Positions 1 through 12,900 of a stretch of 64,000 bases of DNA are shown here, in pieces (position 1 is the stretch's first letter; each line of letters starts with the position of its first letter). The DNA lies in contig NC_083408.1 of the NCBI RefSeq assembly GCF_020745735.1, positions 8,073,131 to 8,137,130 on the forward strand. The letters run 5' to 3'. Below the pieces are notes generated by a model. That model worked only from the letters and a program-made list of their open reading frames with translations, made no database searches and had not been told where the DNA came from. Source of the DNA: Hemiscyllium ocellatum. Taxonomy: Eukaryota. The position numbers and the translations under genes are program-made.

Positions 1-670
1 TAATTCAATAAATCTTGTCTCATACGCGCAGCAGGTGAATGCTCTCTGGCCAATGTGAATTCGCTGATGTTTCAGATGGTGAGAGGCCTCAGAACAGATG
101 AAAGGCCATTCTCCAGCGTGAAGTCGTTGCTGATCGGTTGGGAAATTGTACGAATCTTTTACCACATTCAGAGCAGGTGAGCCGTCACCACACCCTGAAA
201 ACTGGCCAGTGTTTTGGAAGACGGATCGGTTTTTGTATTTGGAGCAGATGAATAATGTGTTGTCAGTATGTACCCGGTAACGTTTCAGCAGTATCATTGT
301 TTGAGTGTCTTGCCTTGCAAAGAACACATAACTGTCTTGTCCCTTGTCTGAACTCGCTGCTGAACTGCAAATTGGATTGATCACGTGTACTGAGTTCAAC
401 ACAAGGAAAACCTGAACATCCTCTGGTCAGTCTGAACACATTGCCGAGACATCAGATCCCTTGAATGTTTATAGAATATCCCACAGTCTGTACATTTAAA
501 AGTTTTATGATCATGTGAAAACTTTGATGGCATATCAGGTTCCTGGAACTTTTGAACGACTTTCCGTTATTATGACGTTTAGAAGGTTTCTTCACAATGA
601 GATTGCACGGATATTCCAGGTCATGAACGACCGAGCAAATCTCTTCCCACACTGAGAGTAGCTGCATGTG
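1..670 (-). pseudogene. Decayed tandem C2H2 (Kruppel-type) zinc-finger gene, running off the window start
   Basis: Manual minus-strand translation gives successive finger remnants: [144 protein letters not shown]-like linkers are present, with stops, frameshifts and lost Cys/His. Confidence 0.85.
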
Positions 671-904
671 CTGTACAATGTGTAACAACACTGATGCCAA
701 TCTAGGACAAGTGGACATTTGAATTTCAGTTACAAGATTGCCAGCAAGAGAATTATGAGTAAGATGCGGAAGAAGTTATTTATTTAGAAAGATGTTAAGA
801 TTGAAATGCCCTGCCTGGGGGAGAGCGGTGTCGTTGGCTATCATCGGAGGTTTCCAAAGAATGCTGCATCTCAATTTAGAAGTGGTAAATTTACAGGTAA
901 ATTT

Positions 905-3900
905 ACACTCTCACCCTGACTCCCTCACACTCACTCCATCACCATCACTCTGAATACCTCGCATTTCAGTCTGTGTCAACCTCACCATCTCATTCTGAAT
1001 CCATCAATGTCACTTGACCCCCTCATATTCACTCCTTTCCTCTCACTGTGACACCCTCAATCTCACACTCAATTTGACACTGAATCCCTAACACACTCTA
1101 TCACCATAATCCTGACCCCCTCACAATTCCTCCCTCATCATCGGCCAGACCCCCTCACACCTCTCCACCACCGTCACGCTGACCCCACCACGTATCAGTT
1201 TGTCACTGTCACCCTAACCCTTCATACTCACTCCATAAGTGTCATCTTGAACCCCTCATGCACACTCTGTTACTGTCAAAATGAACACTCACTCTTCAGT
1301 CACTCTGCCACTGCCACCCTGACCGCTTCACACTCACTCATTCACCGTCAGTATGAACACTTCACACTCACTCCAACATCGTTAATGTGAAATACTCATG
1401 CTCACTCCATCACCTTCACCCCAAACAACTCACACTCATTCCGTCAACTTCACCCAAGCACCACACACTCAGTTCATCTCCATCTGCTTAACCCGCTCAC
1501 CACACTGACGAACTCACATTCACACCCTGACTGTCACCCTGACCTTCTCAGAGTCACTCTATCACCATCACCCCGACACCCCTTGCACTCGCACTGTCAT
1601 GGTCACCCTGTTTCACTCACAAAAATGCACCACTATCACACTCACTCACTCCGCCACAGTCACTCCGACCCCCTCACACTCACGCAAACACCATTAGTCT
1701 AACCCACTCACACTCGCTCGCTCACCATTACCTTGACTACATTACACTAACTCTGTCAACTTCACCCTGACACACTTACATTCACTCCATCACTGTCACC
1801 TTTATCGCTTCACACTCACTCCATCACCATCACTATGATCCTCTCATACTTACACTATCACCATCATTCAGTCCATCGGCATCACCCTTCCCCTCACACT
1901 CACTCGGCACTGTCACACTGACCCCCTTGTTCACAGTCCGTCACTGTCATCTTGGACCCTCAATCTCACACTCATGTGTTCACCCTGACACTCTCATGAT
2001 CACTCCATCGCAGTCACTATTCCACTCTCACACTCATTCCACCACAATCACTCTGAAAACCGCACATTCACACCATCACTGTCACACTGTCCCCCACACA
2101 CTTTCTCTATCACCGTCACCCTGCCCCCCTCACACACACTCCTTCATTGTCACCATTATCGCTAAACACACCAGACTGTCACTGTCACCCTAAGCGTTTC
2201 ACACTCACTCCATCACTCTCATGTTGACCCCCTCATACTCACTCCGTTACTGTAACTTTCACATCCTCAATCTCACACTCAGTCCGTCACTGTCACCCTG
2301 ACCAGATCCATCCCCATCAACATGACGCCCTCCCACTGTCTCCGTGACAGTCACTATGACCCCCGCACACTCACACTGTCACCATTTCCCTGACCATCTC
2401 ACACTCACTGCGTCACAATTGCACTGACACCTTACCCTCAATGCATCAATGTCACCCTTACCCCATCACACCCAGTCACCATCACCATGAAACCATCACA
2501 GGCACTCCGTCACCCACAACATGATCCCATCAAACTCTCTCTCTGCCATCCTGATCTAGTCCCACTCACACCCTCACCATGACCCTGATCTCCTCACACT
2601 CACGTCATCACCACCTCACTGACACTCCTCACGCTCACTCTTTTAGCATCACCCCGACGCGCTCACAAAAGTCTGCCACTGTCACCCTGGTACCCTCACA
2701 CTACTCCATAACCGTCACTCAGACCCACGCGCACTCATACCATGACCATCACCCTGACCCACTCACACTCATTCCCGACTGCAACCCTCACATCACACTC
2801 ACTCAATCACGGTCACGTTGAATCCATCACACTCACTCTTTCACCATCAGAATGACCCCCTCACACATTTTTGTCAGTTTCTCGCTGACCCCTCACACTC
2901 ATTCCATTACTGTCACCCTGATCCCCTTACACTTACTTCATCACGAGAAACCTTACACTCTTACACTCACTAGTCCCCATCACTCTGAATACCTCTCACT
3001 CTCTCCATCACCATCACTCTGACCTGTTCACTCTCCATCACCTCATACTCGATCATGAGCACCCAAACTCCCTCTCACTCACGCCATCACCATCACCCTG
3101 ATGTTCTCACACTCCCGCCATCACTGTCACAACGATCTCCTCACATTCACTCCATCAGTGTCACACTGACGTCCACGCAGACACTCCGTCACCGAGTGAA
3201 TGAATGTGAGGAGGTCATTGTGACGGGGATGGAGGGAGTGTGAGGAGGCCAGTCTGATGGAAACAAGAGTGAGTATGAGGACGTGAGGTTGATGGTGACA
3301 GAGTGAGTGTGAGCACGTCAGTGTGACAGTGATGGAGGAGTGTGATTGGTCAGCTCGACCGTCGGGAAATGAGAGTGACGTTGAGAGTTTTAGTATGCGT
3401 GTATGAGGTTAACGGTGAGGGAGTGAATGTGAGGAGGTGATGAAGAAATTGCTGGAGAATGAGGAGGTCAGTGTATTGGTGACGCAGTAAGTCTGAGGGA
3501 GTCATGGTGACGTTGACAGATTCAGTCTGAGAGGGAGAAAGTGACGGTGATGGAGTAAGTGTAAGTAGGTCGGGATCAAAGTGATAGAGTGAATGTGAGG
3601 AGTTCGGTTAATGGTGAAGGAGTGTATGTGAGAGTGTCAGAGGCAGTGACGAATACAGTATGAGACTCTCAGTTTAATGGTGATGGAGAGATTTTGAGCG
3701 TAATCGTTTCAGTGGTATTGTGACTGTGAAGGGGTCAGGCTAATGTCGACAGATTGAGTTTGAGGACTTGAGTCCCGATGGTGATAGAGTGAGTGAGAGG
3801 AGGTCAGTGTGGTGGTAATGTGTGATAATGGAGAAACAATGAGCGGGTCAGTGTGATGGTAATGGAGTGAGTGTGATTTGTTCAGAGTGATGATGAGTGT

Positions 3901-6900
3901 GAGAGTGTCACATTGATGAAGAAAGTGTGAGGGGAACAGGGTGACAGTGATGGAATGAGTGTGATGGGGCCAAGGTGCGGGTGACAAAAATGCATGAACG
4001 TGTAAGTTTGATGGTGAATCAGTGAGCGTGATGGAGTCAGCATGACCATGATAAAAGTGATGGAGTGAATGTGATGGGTCAGGTTAATGGTGATGGAGTG
4101 AGTGCGAGGATGTCAGGGTGACAGTGACGAAGGGAGTGTGAAACGGTTAGTGTGATGGTGATGGAAAGAGTTTGAGACGGTCATGGTTACAGTGGCTTAC
4201 TGTCTGTGAAGGGATCTGGCTGATGGTGGCAGAGGAGTGTGAGAGTGTCAGGGTGACAGTGATGGAATGTGTGAGAGGCATTCAGAATAAATATTACGGA
4301 GTGAGTGTGGCGAAGTCATGTCACGTTTATGGGGTGAGTGTGAGAGCGTCAGAGTAAAGGTGACGGATTGAGGGTGACGGGGTTTAGAGATATGGTGACA
4401 GATAAGTGTGAGGGTGTCAGTGATGGAGTGGGTTAGAGGCGTTTAAGATGAATGTGATGGAGTAACTGTGGGGATTTCTGCCTCACTGTGATGAAGTGAG
4501 TGTGAGAGGATCATGGTGATGGTGATGGTGTGAGTCAGAGGGAGTTAGGGTGACCATGACCGAGTGAGGAATACAGTGTGAGATCAACAGATTTACAGTG
4601 ATGGAGAGAGTTTGACAGGGTCACGGATTCCGTGGAGTAGTGACTGTGAAGGGGTCAGGCTGATGGTGAGAGAGTGAATGTGACGACGTGAAGCTAATTG
4701 TGACGTTTGAGTGTGAGGAGGTCAGTGTGGTGGTGATGGGGGAGTGTGAGGAGGTCACTGTAATGGTGTCAGAGTGACTGTGTGGACGTCAGTGTGCCAA
4801 AAATGGACTGAATGTGAGGAGGTCAATGTGACGATGATGGGGGGAGTGTAAAAGCATCAGGATAATGGTAATGGAGCGACTGAGAGGAAGATAGGTTGAC
4901 CATGTCCAAGTGAGTGTGACGTGGGCAGAGTGATGTTGACTGCGGAAATGTGGGGGAGTCAGGATGACATTTATGTAATGGGTGAGAGACGCAAAGGATA
5001 AATGTGATGGAGTGAGAGTGGGGAGGTCTGCGTCACGGTGATGGTGTGTGAATGAGAACGTTAAGGTGATGGTGATAATGTGAGTGACAGGCAGTTCGGG
5101 TAGCCGTGACCGAGTAAGTGTGAGGGGGTGAGGTTGACAGTGATGGAGTGAGTGTACTGGGTTAGAGTAACAGTCACGGAGTGAGTGTGAGGGTGTCCGC
5201 GTGATTGTGATGGAGGGAATGTAAGTGAGCCAGGGTGATGATGATGGAGTGAGAGTGAGCGGATCGGAGTTATGGTGACTGAGTAAGTGTGAGAGTGTAA
5301 CGTTGACCGTGAGGGAGTAAGTGTGAGGATTTCAGGGTAACAGTGATGGAATGAGTGTGAGGACGCTAGGGTGAAAGTGATGGATTTTTGTGAGTGGGCT
5401 GATGTCATGCTGAGAGAGTGAGTGTGAGGAGTACCAGGATTATGGTGATGGCGTGAGTGTGAAGAGGTCAAGGTCTTGGTGAGTATGTGAGTCGGAGTCG
5501 GGCAGGGTGACAGCGAGAGAGTTTGAGGGAATCAAATTATGGGCGACGGAGTGAGTGTCATGGGTTCATGGTGATGGTGACTGCGTGTGAGGGAGAAATG
5601 GTGACATTGATGCATTGAGTGCAAGGGGTCAGTTTAATGAGTGTCAGGTGGTTAGGTAGACGGTGATGACGTTCGTCATAGTGACAGTGACGGAATTAGT
5701 GTGAGTTGTTCAGGTCAGGGCGCAAATGAAGGAGTGAGTGTGAGGGTGTCAGGCTGGCAATGACGAATGGAGTGTGAGACGGTCAGTTTGACAATGGCGG
5801 AGAGAGTTTGAGAGGGTCATGATTACAGTGGTGTCCGACTGTGAAGGGGTCAGGCTGATGGTGACAGAGTGAGTGTGAGGACATGAGGCTAATTGTGACA
5901 GAGTGAGTGTGAGGAGGTCAGTGGGGTGGTGATAAGGGAGTGTAACGGGGTCACTGTAACGGTGAAAGAGTGACTGTGTGGATGTCAACTCTCCATCGCT
6001 CTCATCCTGACACCCTCACATTCCCTCTCTCAGCACCACTCTGACACCCTCACTCTCACTCCATCACCGTCACCCTGGCGCACTTACATTCACTCCTTCG
6101 CAATCCCCACACTCACTCCGTCAAATAAGCCTAGACGCCTCTCACACACTCCATCACTGTCACCCTGTAACACTGACACTCCCCTGTCACAATCAGCCTG
6201 ACCCCTTCACAGTCGCTAAACCGTTTGCAATCATGATTATCTCAAGCTCTTTCCATCACCATCACATAGGTTGTTTCACACTCTCTTCGTCACTGTCACC
6301 CTGACATTCTCATGCTCGTATTCTCACCATTAACCTGACCACTCACGCTCACTCGATCATTTTCACCCTGACGGACTTGCACTTATTCCATCACCGTCAC
6401 TCTGTCCCCCTTAGACTGACTCTGTCAACGTCACCCTGATCCCTTCATATTAACTATGTCACCATGACATTGAACTCCTCATGCTCACTCCAGTAATATC
6501 TTCATCACTTCCTCACACTCACACTGTCAACCGCAACCCCTCATACCATTACTATCACCGTCACCCTGACACCCTTATACTCAGTCAGTGATTATCATGC
6601 TGATCCCCTCACACGCTCCCATCACCATCACACTGATCTCCTCATACTCCCTCCATCACCATCACATGACCTCCTCATACTCCCTCCATCACTGTGAACC
6701 TGACCCCTCACACCCCCTCCATCACCACCACACTGAGCTCCTCACACTCAGTCTGTCACCATCCGCCTCACGTCCTCACACTCACTCTGTCACCATCAGC
6801 CTGACCCCTTCACAGTCACTGTAAACATGGCCCTCTCAAACTCTGTCCATCACCGTCAAACTGACCACCTCACAGACATTATACTGATCCCTTACACTCA

Positions 6901-7860
6901 ATCCATCAATAACACCCTTATCCCATCACACGCAGTCACCATCACCATGAATCCATCACACTCACTCCGACCCCCACAACTTCAACCCCGCATCACTGTC
7001 ACCATGCCGAACTCATATTCTCATCCTCACCATGACACTAACCTTCTCACACACACGCCACCATCATTACTCTGACAGTGCTCACAATCCCTCTCTCTGC
7101 ATCACCCAAACACGCTCAGAAAAATCCGCCACTGTCACCCAGGCACCCTTGCACTACTCCATGACCGTCACACAGACACCCTCACTCTCCCGCCTAAACA
7201 GTTACCCTGACCCACTCATCATCACTCCATCACCATCACCCTGACGCTGTCACACTCAGTACATCACCATGACATTGACTTCCCCACACTCACTCCATCA
7301 CGTAAATTGTGAACGCCTCTCACCCACTCCATCACTGCCGCCCTCACTTTCCCTCTGTCACCACCACACTGACCCCCTCACTCTCATTACACCATCTGCT
7401 CTCTGGTACACTTACATTTACTCCTTCACAATCATGCTGTCGACCTCACACTCACTGCATCACCCTGATGCTGGCCTCCACGCACTCACTCCGACACATT
7501 ACCCTGAACGCCTCTCACACACTTCATCACTGTCACCCTGACACCCTCACACTCCTCTCTCACCATCAGCCCGACTACTTCACATTCACCGTCACAGTGA
7601 CCTCCTCACACTCACTCCATCACTATCACCCTCACATCCTCACAATCACTCTGTCACCGTCGCACTGACATACTTACACTCACGTCATCAATGGCATCTG
7701 GACACCTTCGCTCCATCCCCATCACCCTGACCCCCTCACATTCATGTCATCACTGCCAATTTGACCCTGTCACACACATACTTTCGCTCCTACCGCGTCA
7801 CACTTACTCGGTCAACGTCTCCTTGACTCTATTACACTCACTGCCTCACTGTCACCCTTC
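905..7860. repeat. Satellite A: diverged tandem repeat, 34-bp unit (consensus about CCCTCACACTCACTCCATCACTGTCACCCTGACC), with higher-order repeats
   Basis: Anchors recur at 34-nt spacing (TGA at 917/951; 6008/6042/6076). C/A-rich and G-poor on the + strand. Confidence 0.9.
3194..5987 (-). repeat. Inverted block of satellite A (G/T-rich on the + strand)
   Basis: Abrupt switch from ...ACACTCCGTCACC to GAGTGAATGAATGTGAG at about 3194, and back at about 5987 (...GTGTGGATGTCA|ACTCTCCATC). The block is the reverse complement of the flanking unit. Confidence 0.9.
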
Positions 7861-9682
7861 CCCGCCATCATGCTCGCTTTCCCACACTCGCTCCCACCAT
7901 CCCGTTCACGATCGTTCACGTTCACCCACCCACATGCTCACTCCTGACGCACTTGCCCACGATCATGTTCACTGCATGCACTGTCCCCAATGCACTCACT
8001 CACGACTGCACACCCTACCGCACCATCATACTTACTCCGCCGCGCACTCCTGAACCAACTTGCTCAGAACACCACACGGTGCCCCACCATCATGTTCACT
8101 GTCCCGAACACTCCCCCATCATCATACACACTCCCATGCACAATCCACCAACGTAATACTTCACTCTCAACATCGTCTCATTCATTTCCGCTGTGCACAC
8201 CCACATGGCGACACACTTCTCTTCCGTCACACGCACTCCAGAACACATCCCCACCATCATAGTCTCTACCAACATACACACCACCATGGTCACATTCACT
8301 CCGGCACCCAGTTCACTCCGAACACGCAAATTCCCCGACATTCTCACACCGTCGTGCTCACTTCAACACAAACATACTTACCATCACACTTACTCCCCCC
8401 ACAATCTCCCAGAGTCAAGCTCTTTGACCCGGTCACTCCCACACTGTCATACACAATACCCCATATTCTCTCTTACCATCACGCTCAATTCCCTGCACAG
8501 TGATCCACCTTCACTCAAACTCCCAGACACTCCCACACCGTTACACTCACGCACAGCACACTGACACACCATTGCATTACTCCCCCTACACTTCCATACC
8601 GTCAACATCACTCCCCCAACGTTATGCATACTCCCCCACAATCTCACATATTCCTCAAGACACTCCTTCACCATCGCACTCGCCCCGCACTCTTCCCTTT
8701 TGTCATGCTCACTCAAACGTACACTCCACCACCATTGTGTTCAGTCCCTAGCACACTCCTCCACAGTCCACGCTCGCACACACCCTCACTGCCATGCTCA
8801 ATTTTCTCCACACTCCCCAATCGTCACGCTTACCCCAGCACAGTTCACCACCATCATGCCTTCCACCCATCCCCTCCGGACACACGCCTTCACTGTCACG
8901 CTTACTCCTCACAGAATCCATCACCATCAGACTTACTCCACCATACCCTCCGCCACGGTCAGGTCCCCGCTCCAGTACACAACGTCACCATCTTGCTCAC
9001 CTCTGCACACCAGTGCACGGCCATGCTCGTTGCCCCACATGCATCCCTGTTGTATTGCTCATGCATCTGCACACAAGCGCACCATCACACTCACTCCACG
9101 CACGACACCTCATCATAATACTCACTACCCACACACTCCCCCAGGATCATGCTCTCAGAACGGCACATTCTACTGCACTCACATCCTATCAATTCACCCA
9201 GTGCACTCTCACACGCTTGCACACTCCACTACCGCCACTCTCACTCCCCGCACACTCCCCTTCTCTCGCACTCACTCCCCGCACACTCCCCTTCTGTCGC
9301 ACTCACTGCCTGCACACACGTACAGCGCATGGTCACTCCGCTGCTCACGCACCAGTCACACTCACTCCCAGCAGAATCCCCCACCATCCTGCTCTCTCCC
9401 CGCACACTCCCCTGCAGTCACACCCTGTCTCCTACACACTCACCCACTGTCAGTCATTCTCCCGCACACTACCTCACAATCACTCTCAATCCCTCACCGT
9501 CATGCTCACTTCCCGCATTATCACCCACTGTCAGTAACTCCCACACACACACCACTTCCATCACAGACACTCATCCGCATACACCTGCAGTGTAACACTC
9601 GATTTCCCGGACACATCACCTCGTCGGTCACTCATCCCCCACATCACACCGTCACCCTCACCCAACACCTTCCCCCATCATT

Positions 9683-9936
9683 CGACATGGTGGCTCATTG
9701 AGTAGCTTTGCAGCCGCACAGCACCTGCGACCTGCGATTCCAGCCTTGAGTCATTGTCTGTGTGGGTTTCCTCCAAACACGTGCAGGCCAGGTGAATTGG
9801 CCATTCTAAATTGCCAATAGTGTTAGTTGCATTCGTCAGAGGGAAATTGGTCTGGGTGGGTTACTCTTCGAAGGGACTGTGTGCACTTGTTGGATAAAGG
9901 GTTCTGTTTCCACACTGCATGGGGTCTAATCTAATC
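9683..9936 (+). mobile_element. HE1-type tRNA-derived SINE (internally deleted) inserted in satellite B
   Basis: tRNA-like head (GGTGGCTCATTG...CGATTCC), core GTGCAGGCCAGGTGAATTGGCCATTCTAAATTGCC, CR1-like tail CTGTTTCCACACTG followed by CTAATCTAATC. Confidence 0.85.
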
Positions 9937-12900
9937 ATAGTCACTCACCCAGTCAGGACCCCATCATCATGCACCCTTCCCCTGCAAGTCGTCAAACATC
10001 GCGCTCACTTCACTGCACTCTCCATGATGGCCATGTTGACTCGAACTCACATTGCCACACCATCGCACTCACTCTCCAGCACAGACCAACACCACTGCAC
10101 ACACTCCACAAAAACACCCTCATTTCCTGCACACATCTCAGCACATTCTTTCACATTTAACTCACTGTCACCCACACTCCACCACCATCACGCTTGCTGC
10201 ATCACAAAGGCCCACACCGGCTCTCTCGCCTACACACTACACCAATGTCACATCAACTATTCGCACACTCCTTCACGTTTACGCTTACTTCCCCGCACTC
10301 TCCCGACTACCACAATAAATCCCTCACACAATACCGCATTGTCGCGCTCTGTCGCTTGCAAACTCCATCACTGTCAAGCTCACTCACCAGCACACTCCAC
10401 GACCATTACACTCATTGTACAGCATAGTGTCTAAACGTTTCACTTACTCTCTTGCACATATTTCCACCATCATGCTTACTCCCCAACACAGCAATCCACT
10501 GTCACACCCACCTTGCACGCTCCCCCACCATAATGCTCACTCACCCAAATACTCCTCCATCAGCACTCTTGCTCCTCAGCACATTCCTCAACTGTCCCAC
10601 TTACACTCCCCGCACGCTCTACCACTGACACGCTCTCTGCCGGAACACACCTCCACACGCTTTACACACACACTTGAGTGCCCCACATACTCATCTGCAC
10701 ACATTCCTACCGTCACCCTCACACCGTCACATACTTCTCCACCGTCACTTACCCTTCTGGACACTTCCACAGCATAGTGGTCCAAACCAAGCACACACAC
10801 ATACCGTCATACTCACTCCCCAGCATGCACCCCTACTGTCCTATTCGTTATCACATACATTTCCCACTGTCATGTTCACTCCACTGTGCACTCGTCCACT
10901 ATCACGCTCACTCCCCAACACACTCAAATTACGTTGCAATCATTTTGCTGCATGAACCACTATCATTTTACTTAGTTTCAGAATCTGCCTCACCTTCATT
11001 CTCACTCCACTCACATACTTTCCTCATGTCAAGTCACTGCCCTACACACGTCCCCACGATCATGCACATTACCAGACGCTCACCAACGATCACCCTCAAT
11101 AACCCACAAACTGCCCAGCACGATCCCACGCGTCGCAGTCACTCCCTGCACATTCTCCGACCATCACATTGACTCCCTTCACGTAACACGACCACCACGG
11201 TCACTCCTCTGCATAATCTCACTGTCACACTCACTCACTCGCACACTCCCCATCTTCAGTCTCAGTTGCCCCCACACCCCTGCAGCGTCATGCTCACTCA
11301 ATAGAAATCACAATCACTCTGCCGCAAACTCCCCCAACTTCACCATCATTCCTCTACCATCAAGCTCACCCCCACCACTCAACCATAATCATACTTACTT
11401 CGCTGTATTAACCACTTGCATCATGATCATTACCCCGCACATCCCCATACCATTACGCAAGCTACCCACGCAGCGTGCACCATCACAGTCAATTCTCTGC
11501 ACACTTCTCCACCATTGCACTCCCTCTCTTGCACACGTTCCTACCATCATATTCATGTCCCTACCTTCAGTCTCCTAACATCATGTTCACTCCCCTCCCA
11601 TTCCACACCGTTACACGAACTTACTTGAATTTTCTTTCACCATCACAATCATATCCCGCACACCTAACATCATCATGCACACTCAGCCGCACAGCACACC
11701 ATCACGTCCATTCCCTGATACACTCTCACACCGTCATGCTCACTCCCTGCCAACTCCCCCACTCGTACACTAACTGCCCTGCATTATCCCCAATCGCCAC
11801 ACTCACTCCACCGCACATTCCCCAACCATCATGCTCTCTCCTCGACACAGTGGCCCACCACCAACTTCAGTCCTTCACATCATGCTCACTCCTCCGCTCA
11901 GTCCCCCATTGTTACGCTAAACCTCTGCATTATAACACACCATCACGCTCACTCCCCCTCACACTGCCCCACCGTCATGCTCACTAACCTGCACAATTCA
12001 CTACAATTGCTGTCAGTCCTCCACTGTCAGCTTCACTCGCCCGCCCAGTCCCCCAATCCCCTGATTTATCCCCCACCGTCACGTTCAATCCCCTGATTTG
12101 CCAGATCATATCATGCACACTGCTCCACACCCCATCACCGCCACGCTGACTCAACTACACAGACCCCACTATCACACTTACCCTCCCCCGCACACTTGCC
12201 CACTGTCAAATGCAATCTCGGAACAATAATACAATCTCGCCCACAATCTAACACTTTCCACTTTACATTCTACAGGGTCATGCTCTCTCATCCGCACATT
12301 CCCCGATTGTTTCACTCACTTCTGCGCATAAGCCCACACCAGGATGCTCACTCTCTCGCACATGCCTCCACAGTCAAGCTCACTGTGCCACAAACACAAC
12401 AGTGCCATGCATAATGGCCTGCACTCTCCCACACCATTGCGCTGCCTCTCCTGCGCACTCCTCCACCATCATACTCAAAAACCCACACTCTCCCACCATC
12501 ACACTCGGTCCGCCACACGCTATACCACTGTCACGTTCAGTCCCCAACACCCTCCCAAAACATCGCACTTACTAGGTCACATGAACCATTACCATTTTAC
12601 TTACTTTTGGACACTGCCTCACCTGCACACTCACTCCATCACACACAATACTCCTCTCACATGCACTCCCCCGAACACTTCCCTTATCATCGCTCACACG
12701 ACTGGAGACTCCCCCATCATTAGACTCTCTCCCCGACACATGCCCTGACCGTCGTACTCACACTCTGCACACTCTCCGACCATCACACTAATTCCCTGCA
12801 CAAAATCCAATCATCACATTCATTCCCCTCGACACTTCCCACTGTCACCTCACTCCCCTCAACGCAACCCCCCACCATAATGCATACTCAGCCATAATCT

